A stretch of DNA of 64,000 nt from Eledone cirrhosa (Eukaryota): positions 17,546,001-17,610,000 of the forward strand of contig OZ024746.1 of NCBI GenBank assembly GCA_964016885.1. The letters are read 5' to 3'. The notes below the pieces were generated by a model that saw only the letters and a list, made by a program, of their open reading frames with translations, did no database searches and had not been told where the DNA came from. The translations under genes and the position numbers were made by a program. Positions 27,578 to 39,791 of the stretch are shown piece by piece. The first letter of the stretch is position 1, and every line of letters starts with the position of its first letter.

Positions 27578-30500
27578 GTATATATATATATATGTATATA
27601 TATATATGTATATATATATATGTATATATATATATATGTACACAATATATATATACATATATATTGACAGGCATTCCAAGAGATTGATGTCTGGAGAGGA
27701 TGGGGAAGATCTCACAGTTTTCACAGGCTCTCTGAAACCTGAGAGATCAATACTTGATAGATTTAGAAGAAGGGACAGCATCCATGTCCTTCACAGGCTT
27801 TTTGAAACTAGAGGGATTAATGTTGTTTGTGTTTTGCTGAAACCATTTAAAGTCCACAACTCTCGGAAAGACTGGGCAATGAGGGGATTCCAGATACCCG
27901 CTACTCATGGTAAGAAGTATTGGGTGTAGTGGTTAGTGCAGGACCTTGGAGGTAGGGGTGGGTGTGAGATGGACAGAACATGGATGATGAGATGAGGAGA
28001 AATGAGTAGATTGGGAATGCTTGACAGGTTAATGGTGGAGAAAATATTATTAAAATTTATACAAGGAAAGTTTTATAGTTTTCTACTGATTACTTGCCAT
28101 TTCATAGAGCTGAGCCCTGTAAGTGTAGGGCAAATCCTCTGTAGGGTTATATTGAGTAGCTTTGGTGAAACAATATATTGCCATTTGCGGTTCTTCCAGT
28201 TTAGCATAAAGTAAACCCCTAGAAAAAAAATTACAAAATTTAGAACATGGTGAAAAAAAAATTGAGGGAGTTATTAGCTCTACTGGCAACAAAGGGGTTC
28301 TTGCTTTGTGTAAAATATAGCCGCCACATTATTTAATAATTAATCAGGTAATATATGGTGGGGTCATACCTAACGATTGGTGTAGTAGTATACTTGTTAA
28401 TTGTTAGAAAAGAATGGGTGAGACTCTAGAAAGTATCAACTACAAAGACATAAAACTGAAAGACCAAGTTATGAAAGTGACAGAGTTTCGGCACAACTAA
28501 TTAGAGAAAAGGTCAAATTAGATGAGATGAATTTGGTTTTTTGACAGATGCTCTCTTCCTAGTGAGACAACTATAAGAGAAGTTCCTTGCTAAGTGTAAG
28601 CCTTGATTTCTAGCTTTTGTTGATCTGTAATCTGGTGCTCCTTAAGGAAATTAGGTGTAGAAGAATGGCTTACGGGAGCAGTGTGGTGTCAGTAGAGTGA
28701 GAATAGGTAATGAGTTTAATGAAGAATTTACGAGTCGTGTCAGAAAAGTTCCAGGACTGTTGTCTCAAAAAATTTATTTCAAACCCAAACTTCACACTAA
28801 GAGTTTTCTCCTTCAAAGTAATCCCCCTGGAGTATGTAACTGTAATCTTAGCTCTCTGCAGCGATCAAACTTTTTTCTTCATAATTTTATATACATGTCC
28901 TCTGTTTCAGGTCGTCAAGCAATGAGCATAGAGCAACGAACAAACTTGAAGTTTCTGGTACGGTTGGGGAAAACTCCGCCAGAAGCACTGGCATTGCTGC
29001 AGCAAGTGTATGGAGATGAGATGATGTCATGCTCATGTGTTTTTGAGTGGTGCAAGAGGTTTAAAGAAGGATGCGAGAACGTGGAAGATAACCCCAGGAG
29101 TGGAAGGCCCTCAACAACCAGGACTGAGGTCAACGTTGAGCGCGTCAGGCAGATGGTGCGTAGCGATCGTCGGCTGAATGTTCGACTGATGGCAAATGAG
29201 CTGGGCATGAATCGGGACAGCGTCTGGAAGATTCTTACTGAAGATTTGGAAATGCGGAAATCTGCGCGAAGATGGTGCCAAAACTGCTGAACGATGACCA
29301 GAAGGGTCGACGCATTCAAGTGTGCCAGGACATCCTCAAGCATCTTGAAACCGAACCAGACTTGCTAGGGACAGTCATCACCGGTGATGAGTCATGGATC
29401 TTCGAGTACAACCCAGAGGAGACTCGTTTTGAAGACGTGGACGACATCAAAAAGGCCATGACGACAGAACTGCGGAGGATCCCGGAAGAATCCTTCCAGG
29501 ACTGCATGCAAGCATGGCAGAAAAGTGCATTAGACTCCAGGAGGATTACTTTGAAGGAGAAAACTCTTAGTGTGAAGATTGGGTTTGAAATAAATCTTTT
29601 CTGACACACCTCGTAATATGCAAGTAGGCGTTCATTAGGACTCAGTCTTCAGCCCACTCCTATTTATTATAGTTCTCCAGGCCATAACAGAGGAGTTTAA
29701 AACTGGGTGCCTATATGAACTCCTCTGTGCTGACAACATGGTTCTTATACCTGTATATGAGGAACAGCCAGAAAAGAAATTCAGGTTTTGGAAACAGAAA
29801 TTAGAATCACAAGGGCTTGGAGTAAACATGAGAAAAACTAAAAGTTTAGTAAATAGGAAATAAGACAGGACTCTGATCTCTTCAGGAAGTGGCCTTGCTT
29901 GTTGATGTACACAATGTAAATATAGTGGTGTAGTGGGATAGCAGGAATACGAACAGAAAATGTAGACTTTGTATGTGGCAGATGTACAGGGATAGTTGGT
30001 AGTAAGAGTATCTGAAAAATAAATGTTTTCCAGTCCCAGGAAGGCTCCATAGAAGTGGTTGATAACTTCTGCTGCCTAAGTGATCTAATTAGCAGTGGCG
30101 GTATTTGCTCTGAGAGAATATTAGCTAAGGAAAGAACAGGATGGAAAAAGGCCTCATAGAAGTGATTGACAGCTTCTACTACCTATGTGATCAAATTAAT
30201 AGGGGAAGAAGCTGCACTGAAAGCATAGTAGCTTGGTTAAGGCTGTTGCCTCTGTTGACAACAAAAGGGTTCTTTCTATGAATGATAGGATGGTATGATA
30301 CCTGCATGTTGTGTAGGGTATGCATGGTAGTGAGACAAAGGCAGTGGATGTAGAGGACAAACAAAGACTGGAGAGAAATGATGCTAGCATACTTTGATGG
30401 ATTTGTGATGTTAATGTGTAAGAATGGCAAATCATGGAGGAACTGAGAGAAAAAACTGGGTGTAAAGGAATGAAATGAGCAAGAGAGAGGACTGCACTGG

Positions 30501-33109
30501 TATGGACATGTGATGGATATGGAGGATAATCGTTGTGTGAAGAAGTGCCATGGGCTCCAAGTGGAGGGAAGCTGCAGTACAAGAAGACCTAGGAAAATCT
30601 GGGCAGAGATGATGCAAGAGTATCTCAAAATGCTGCACCTCACAGAGAAGATGATGAAATGCAATGTGTAGAGGGAGGCCGTGCAGGAAAAAAATCTATC
30701 CAGCTCATGTAAGTATGGGACAGGAGAAAAGACCTGTCCAACCCATGTAAGTCTGGAACAGCAGTTGTAAATAGGATGATGATGATCTCATTACCCTAAA
30801 TTTTTTATGTATCCACCCAGTGAATATTGTAGATTTAATGGAGGAATCTTGTCTGTCAATTAAAAAGTATGTGTGAAAAAAGAAAAAAGAAAAAAGAAAA
30901 AAGAAAAGGAAAAAAGGAATTGCTCACAAAGCCATGTATATCTCATAACTTCCATTTTGTTCTTGAAGAAATTTTAAATCATTCAAAGCATCCAAGAAGT
31001 TCCCTTGATTAATATGGATGATATGGCGATGCCAGTATGCATTGGTGTGGTTAGGGTCTAGTGCAATGACTCTAAATTTAATGTAAAACAGAGAAACTGG
31101 AATTAATTTACATGTCCATTTAGAAACATTAAAACAGAACAGAGATGTGGAGTGACAGAATTCTCACAATATCAGGCAGCAACAATAACAACAACAACAA
31201 TAACCAGATGTGCCTTAAAGCCATTTTCCTTGCTAAAGTAGGGGTTAGCTTTACAGGCCTCACATGGCACTTCCATGCCTTAAGAATTTATCTCGATCTG
31301 GCAAAGCTTGCCGGTAGCATTGCCAGGCCAGGGATTTCTGTAAGTTATTCATCAACCCTGGACCGAAAGTCCTCCATAAGAGAGTGGCTAGTTGCACATG
31401 TTCAATAACGTCATTGCTTTTCCTAGCCATTAATCCTCTATAGAACACCAAGATTAAGTTTCCACCAATCATAGTGGCTGACTAGCTGAGGTTTGTGAGT
31501 GCTTAAAGACATTCCAGCTTCCAAACGTTCCTTCTTGGTCTTTGCTTGACCCAGGACTGCAGCTTTGTCTAGGAAATAAGCTTAGGGAAGCATGTGTCAA
31601 GCGAAAGGCAACCCCACTTGTTCACTGTCAATGAAATACTCAAGATGGGGTAGCCTCAGCACATGTTAAAGTAATCAGTCAAGGACTAGGGTTGATATAA
31701 TCTCCAAAATTGCTGGCCTTGTGCCTCAATTAGAAATCAATATAAATATAAATAATTACTTACTTATTAAATTCCTCCAGGGCTGTTGTATAATCTCCAA
31801 TCTGTTAAAATGAAACAGTTTTACACTATATTTTATTGTTTATTTGGTTAGATTTCTCTTTCCTTTCTAAACAATCTGTGGCAGGTGGAATAAAGTGTCT
31901 TGTCTCTGATGAAACACATCAAAATACCTTCAGTGGATTTCAACAGATTGTTAATCCTATTCTGTTAGGAGTTGCAACTAGTAGAGTATCATCAATGGAA
32001 AGACCAATGGAAACATTCTTTCTTTGGTTGATTTGATGAGTTCCTCCCAACTTGGTAAGTGAATAAAGTCTGTCATTCAAACTCTGTGCTATGTTAATCC
32101 TACACATTATCTACTAAGTTATCTCTAATTCCAGCTGCTATGATCAACTTATTGAGTTTCTTGAAGACATCACCCGGATCACTGATGGCAGCTCATGGGT
32201 GGATGTTGTTTACCTTGACTTTGCTAAAGCTTTTAATTCTGTGACACACAAAAGACTTATGTCAAAACTCTCTCAATGGGTGTGAAGGATGATCTTTTTA
32301 ACTGGTTGAAGTCCTTCATTCTCAGTCGAAGAGAGGTAGTCACGGTTCTTGGACAGCATTCCTCACCATATGAGATGCCATCTGGTGTACCATAGGGATC
32401 TCTTCTTGGCCTCCTTTTGTTTGTTCCATATATTAATGATAGCTTACCTGTGATCCCACTACATCTTTTATGTTCCCATAGTTTGCATTTGGGGCATAGA
32501 ATGGAATTTCTACCTACTCTCTTCTTACACACTGAGCATGGTCATTTCTCAGAGGGCATCTATGCTCTATTCTTCTTTCTACATATATATATATATTTAT
32601 ATACACACCCACACATACCTTGACTTACATCATTTCGAATTTCATCATATTCAAATTTACAGCAGTTTTTAAGATATTATATGGCAAAAATAAACCTTGT
32701 GTTATGTCGATTGACTCAACTTTACATCGGTCTGCCAAAAATATTACCCCCCCCCCCCCCAATAAAATCATATAAAATCACATTTAAATAAATACTAAAA
32801 TATACAGCATAAAGTAATGTAGTGTATTATAATGTATTAGTGGTTTATAGGGGGGTTAATTTGACATTGGTTGTTTTTCAACTGAAGTCTTGACTTCTGG
32901 AATCAATTAATGACATTGTATGAGGTATACCTTTGTGTGCGTGTATATTTTTGCTGTATAATATTTTAAAAACTGCTGTAGAAATCAAGCCAAAATCAGT
33001 TCCATATGAGCAAGACATGGTCATCTGACCTGGCATTGGCCACAACAGGACAACCCATCTAACCCCATGCTAGCATGGAAGAATGGACATAAAATGATGA
33101 TGATGATGA

Positions 33110-33151
<42 letters not shown>

Positions 33152-35876
33152 AGTTCCACACTTCTTAAACACACACAAACACACCTACGCCTGCTCCTTA
33201 TAATGATGATGATGATATATATGCATGTATGATCCAAGAATATATATACCTTTAAATAAAGGAGTGCTCGTTTATAAATAATTTCAGGGTCAGGTGTGAG
33301 AGCTTCTGTGAGAATTCTCTTGCAAAGATAGTTAACTTCCTCTGTGATTATCTGAAAGAAAGAAAGAAAAAACTTGCTTAGCAGCTTTGTCTCCAAAATT
33401 ATTGATGATAGATCCTCTGTTGGACTCAACCCTGGATATTCGTTCATTCCATCAACGTCCGACATGAATAAGTTGCTGAGTATACCCCAGACAAGTGTAC
33501 CCTTAATGTAATTTGCAAGGAGATTCAATGTAACACAGTGTGTGACAAGGCTGGCCCCTTGAATTACAGGTATTGTCGATCTTGTATTATAGTGTAAGTG
33601 GCTGAGTATTTCATATGTTTATATTTATCTAAAAACCTTCCATCATAATTTTCTATCAAAACCTTTATTAAGTTATGTTCCAAACTATGAGGCTGCTTCT
33701 TGTTCTATGATAAAAAAAACTTGTTTATTTTAAAAGTGTTTATGTCTATCAAAAGAGATTTTTAGATAAATATAAACAATTTAAGATAAACAGTTTTATA
33801 TTGCAGAACATGGTTCAGTTTTAGAGGGTTTTGTGTGTGTTGGGCTGGCGGACCTTGCTGGAAGTAGAAGGGCTGGTGATGTTATGGGGCTGGAGGGCCT
33901 TGCTGGATGTAGAAGGGCCAGTGATATCACATAAACAGAAGTGCGACCAACATGATGTGCCTCTTCCTTTTTGGACTGTGGTGTTGGCAGGACGTAATTC
34001 ACTGTGTGAGTTCAAGGTACATATTGATAGGTTCTGGTCAGAAATTAGATGGATAGAGCTCTGACAGATATATCCCACCTGGACAAGATCAATGACAGAA
34101 GAGGACCTGCAAGGTAGCTATACTTTGTCCCCTACAACAGAGTGAAAAAGGGGGTTAAATCTTATCTGATCATCAGTAACTGAAAGGAGATGCCAAGAAT
34201 GAGATCAAAGGAGAGGCGGAAAGATGGATTGAGGAGGGGCATTTTAATCCCCTGCATGGAGGGGGTAAACAGTGGAGTGTTGCTGCTAACAGCAAGGGTC
34301 AGTTTTGGGGTGTCTGAGGTGAAAGGGGTTAAATCTTACCTGAATATCTGCAACAAATTCAAAATTAGTGGATAAATTGAGGAAGTCTTTGAATGAAATA
34401 TCAGCTGGTGGCTTAGAACTGAAATATAGAATTTGTAAAGTGGTAGTGATGGTGCCATGATAAAATACACCCCGTACACTCTGTAAAGTGGTAGTGATGG
34501 TGTCATGAGAAAATACACCCAATACACTCTGTAAAGTGGTAGTACTGGTGCCATGAGAAAATACACCCAGCACACTCTGTAAAGTGGTAGTGATGGTGTC
34601 ATGAGAAAATACACCCAATACACTGTAAAGTGGTAGTGATGGTGTCATGAGAAAATACACCCAGTACACTCTGTAAAGAGGTAGCGATGGTGCCACAATA
34701 AAATACACCCAGTACTCTTTGTAACATTGTAGTAATGAGGCCATGAGAAAATCCAGCCAATCCACCAAAGGATACAGTGTACCTATTCTAAAAACTGAGA
34801 TATACACAGTATAAATTATCTTAATTGATGTTCTCACCTGAATGAGGGTGATAACAGGGAAGACAGTCCAATACTTTCATATATCTGTCTGATATTCTGG
34901 GATTCAGGTACAATATCACTAGGTTTTTCGTTGTACCAAATTCTCCAGACTTCTACAATCCAATCGTCCAGCTTCATATCAGATCTGTAATAAGAAGAAT
35001 TAATTATGACCTAAAAAAATGCAACAATTAACCAGACTAACAGCCCCCATTCCCTCCTAGAAATTTCATTAGAAACAACCACCAAATATTAAAAAATCAA
35101 TATGATATTCTAAATGTTTTATATATATATATCACATAAGAAACAGAGAATCAGTGGTGCGACGGATTAAAATTTATTAGACATATTATATATATATATA
35201 TATATTCATGGGGGTAACCGAGGGGAAGATAGTGATATAAACCTATTCCAGTCACAAGAAAGACCCATAGAAGTGGTTGATAGCTTCTCCTGTCTCGGCA
35301 ATGTAATTAGCAATGGAGGAGGGTGCTTTGAGAGCATAATAGCTAGAGTAAGGATAGGATGGAAAAAGTTTAGAGAGCTACTCCCACTGTTGATCCCCAA
35401 AAGTTTCTTGCTATGTACGAAAGGGTGCCTGTATGAAGCCTGTGTGCAAAGTGTGATGTTGCATGGTAGTGGAACATGGGCTGTGACTGTAGAGGACATA
35501 TGTAGACTGGAGAGAAATGAAGGAATCATGTACTGTTGGATGTGGAATGTAAGTGTGGGAGAAAAGCAGAGTTTGGATGAGTTGAGGGAGAAGCTGGGTT
35601 TAAGAGGAATCAGAGATGGTGTGCAGGGGAGAAGGCTGTGTTGGTTTGGACACGTGATGCACATGGACAATGATCGTTGGGTGAAGAAATGCCATGAAAT
35701 GCCAGTGGAAGGAAGTCGCAGTAAAGGTAGACTGGGCAGACATGAGAGCTGACCTCAAATCATTGAAACTCACAGAGGTGATGACAAAGGATCTCAACAT
35801 GTGGAGAGATGTCATGCTGAGAAGGACCTGACCTACCCATGCAAGCATGGAAAAGCAGGCATAAACATGATGATGA

Positions 35877-35919
<43 letters not shown>

Positions 35920-38900
35920 ACTTGCTGCAGGCTACTGATGAAACCTGTGGCTGGAGCAGAGCTCCAACCAGACAGAGAGTGACCTGGTGGTGGAACAGCA
36001 CAGTAGATAAGGCTATTAGAGACAAAAGACTAGCATGGAAGGCTTGGAAAAAGGGTGGGAGTAGGGAAGAATATACAGCCACTAAGAGAGAAGCTAGACA
36101 TCAGGTGTACTTAGCACGCAGGGAGGCAGAGAGTACGAGGTTTGCCAATGTTCTGCGACGGAAAGATCAGAGGCGTGCGGTGTTCCACATTGCAAGGCAG
36201 TGTGTCAATGCAAATCAGGATGTTGTTGGAGATAAATGTGTCCGGGATGATGCCGGTGTACTTAGTGTCACGAATGATCAGAAAAAGGAGGCCTGGAAAT
36301 GTCATTATGAGAGACTGATGAATGTGGAGAACGAATGGGAGAGAGAGAAATTACCCTTGGTAGATCCGACAGAGGGATCAGCTATTGAGATTGACGAATA
36401 TAGGGTCCAAGAGGCAATTAGGGAAATGAAAAATGGTAAGGCGGCCGGACCATCGGGAATAGTTGCTGAGGTGCTGAAGGCATCAGGGGACGTAGGCACT
36501 AAACTGGTTGCACGCATCATCAATCAGGCTATATATGGTGGTGTCATACCCAAAGACTGGTGCAGCAGTATTCTCATAAATTGCTACAGTATAATATGTA
36601 TGCAGTAGATGTACAGGGAATTTAGACAGTAGAAGTCGCACTGATAGACACATTTTTCAAATGCAAGAGGGCGCTATAGAAGTGGTGGATAGCTTCCGGT
36701 ACCTAGGAGATCAGATTAGCATGGGAGGAGGGTGTTCCGAGGCCATAGTATCTAGAATAAGGACGGGTTGGAAGAAGTTTAGGGAGCTGCTTCCTCTGTT
36801 GACGAAGAAGGGTTTCTCCCTGCATACGAAAGGCCGGTTGTATGATGCCTGTGTGAGGAGCGCGATGCTGCATGGTAGTGAGACATGGGCAGCAACTGCA
36901 GAGGATATGCGACGGCTGGAGAGAAATGAGGCAAGCATGCTCCGTTGGATGTGCAGTGTAAATGTGCGTGAACGACCCAGCATAAATGTGTTGAGAGAGA
37001 GACTGTGTCTGAGATGGATAGAATGTAGTGTATGGGAGAGGAGACTGAGGTGGTATGGACATGTGATGCGCATGGAGGATGACTGATGGGTGAAGAAGTG
37101 CCAGGAAATGCCAGTTGAAGGAAGACGTGGTAGAGGTAGACCACGAAAAACATGGGCGGAGGTGGTGAGAACAGACCTCAGATCATTGAAGCTCACGGTG
37201 GAGATGACGAGGGACCGTGACGAGTGGAGAGATGCTGTGCTGAATAAGACCCGTCCCACCCTTGCAAGCAGGGAAAAGCGGACGTAAAATGATGATGATG
37301 ATGATGATATATATACACATATACAATAACATAATTATCTGTGATTTAAAAAAATGTTTTTGGCATTGCTGTTACTACCACTAACCCCCCTCTCTCTCTC
37401 TGATGATGATGACAGTGATGATGATGACAACGATGTTGATGATGATTGTAATGATGATGATGGTGATGGTAGTGATGATAGTAAAGATAATGGAAGTGAT
37501 GCTGACGATGATGATGATTCATATTTAGAAGAAATATGGTCCATGTTCTTACGGTTTTCCTTTATGTGTTGCAAGTCTTTCAAGATCGTAGTAGTTAGGG
37601 TCACTTTGGTATGCTCTTGGCTTGAATCTGGTGACAAGGAAATAATAGAAGGAAGTCTGGAAATGGAATTCCTGAAGTAATGCTGCTAATAATAATGGTT
37701 TCTGATCTAGGCACAAGGTCAACAATTGTGGGGGAGAGGAAAGACGATTAAATCAACTCCAGTGCATTACTGGTACTTTATTAACCCCTTAAGGATGAAA
37801 AGGAAAGCTAACCTTGGCAGGATTTGAACTCAGAACATAAACAGATGTAACAATATGCCACAAAGCATGTTGCCCGATGCTCTACCAATACTGCCTTATA
37901 CCAATAGTATTAGCAGTAATAATGGTTTCTTATATAGGCACAAGGCCAGCAATTCTGGGGAGGGGAAAGTCGATCAAAATTGACCCCAGTGCGTGACTGG
38001 TACTTTATTTTATCGACTCTGTAAGGATGAAAGGCAAAGTAAACCTTGGTGGGATTTGAACTCAGATCACAAAGGGCCGTAACTCTATGCTGCAAAGCAT
38101 GGCGTCTGACCCTCTACCGATACTGCCAATCCACCTATTAGTAGTAATAATAATAATACTAATAAGAATAATCACAAATTGCTCTTCTACAAGATACTAC
38201 TCAGGTGGGAACTGCAGATATAGTCAGGAAAGTACTGTCTGTCTAAAGACCTTGTTGAGACTTGACAGACAGTAGAAGACCCAGTAATTATTATACATCC
38301 ACAACCTTACTAGGCCATGTAGCTTCAGTGATATAATAATAAAAAAACATTAACAGCTCATACCCATGTAGTTTTAGCTGACCTTCTATCAAGCTGCTTC
38401 TCACAGGAGGATTCTTTAGTATTTTAATGATAGAGACTCCAGTCCTATTATGTTATTGTTATAGCTCACACCTCATGAAAAGCAATGTGAAATGAAGAGT
38501 CTTACTCAAGAACAAAACATGCCACTCGATTTAAGAATCAAACCCATAACCTTATGTTCATGAATTCAACACCCTTACCACTAGTTCATGTACCTTGATA
38601 CAGGTTTAATGGCATTAACTTTAAATCTTACTTTGATTCTTTCTCAGTATCAGAGATATTTTCTACAGATAGTGAGGCCGTTAGAAGTTTAGGTGAAACA
38701 TATTGATCAATGTCTAGTATTGGACTTCTCTTCAATTGTTTTTGTTTCCTAAAATAAAATATAAAATTTGGAGCATTTATTTTTGTTAATATTTAACACG
38801 AAAAGTCATATTGGTAATATTAGTAAGTGAATCCTACAGTCTGACATAGTCACTGACTGACCAATGAATTCTTCTTCTCTTCTTGAGTCTTCCATCAAAG

Positions 38901-39752
38901 GTGAAGCAATATGAATTGATAGATTAATAAGACCCTTGTACAGGTGACTTCTACTGTCAGACAATCATAATGTTGTGGCTTTAATTCCTGGATTGGGTAG
39001 TGTGTTGTATTCTTGAGAATAACACTTCATTTCATGTTGCTCCAGTATACTTAGCTGAAAATGAGTACCAGGAATAGCTGGGGGTTTAAACCTGCAATGG
39101 ATTGGTGTCCTGGCTAGGAGGGAGTCTTGTGTTCTAAATTACTTCAGGCCATGGAAACCAGGATAAGCACTGGTCTGATGAGCCTCTGGGCTCAAGACAG
39201 ACTTTTTTTGCAACAATGACATCTAAAGTTTGGTCCATCCCTTTGTAAGGTACTTTAGACAAGTAATGGTCTTTTAACATAGCCTAGGGTTGGCCAAAAC
39301 TTTATGAGTGAAATTAGGTAAACAGAAACTATAAGGAAGACTGTTGACTGGAAAGATGCAGCCTTGTCCCACACTATATCACACTGATTCCACTTCAGAA
39401 TTTCATTAAGGATATATGTGTCTATGGAATACTCAGCCACTTAGCATGCTAATTCAATGAGCAGATCATTTGTTCTATAAGGGCACATGAATTGTGACAG
39501 CTTTTTATAATAACAGTAAACAAATTTCAAACTTTCAAACTTACCCAGTTTCTTTGGAAACATATCAGTTTAACCCTTTAGCATTTAAACCGGCTGTATC
39601 CAGCCAGAATTCTCTCACCTCTTTCTGCTTAAACTGGCTGTAACCAGCTGCTCATACTGATGTTAAGGTATTGTTCTCAAAATAAATATCAAAATCTCAT
39701 AGCTTCGATATTAAGTGAAATAATTATGTAAGATAAAGCCTTTACTACAAAC

Positions 39753-39791
<39 letters not shown>

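Noticed and set aside
37553-37671. Longer exon 19 using the acceptor at 37671
   Set aside because: Breaks phase with its neighbours; the acceptor at 37627 has a better pyrimidine tract and fits.
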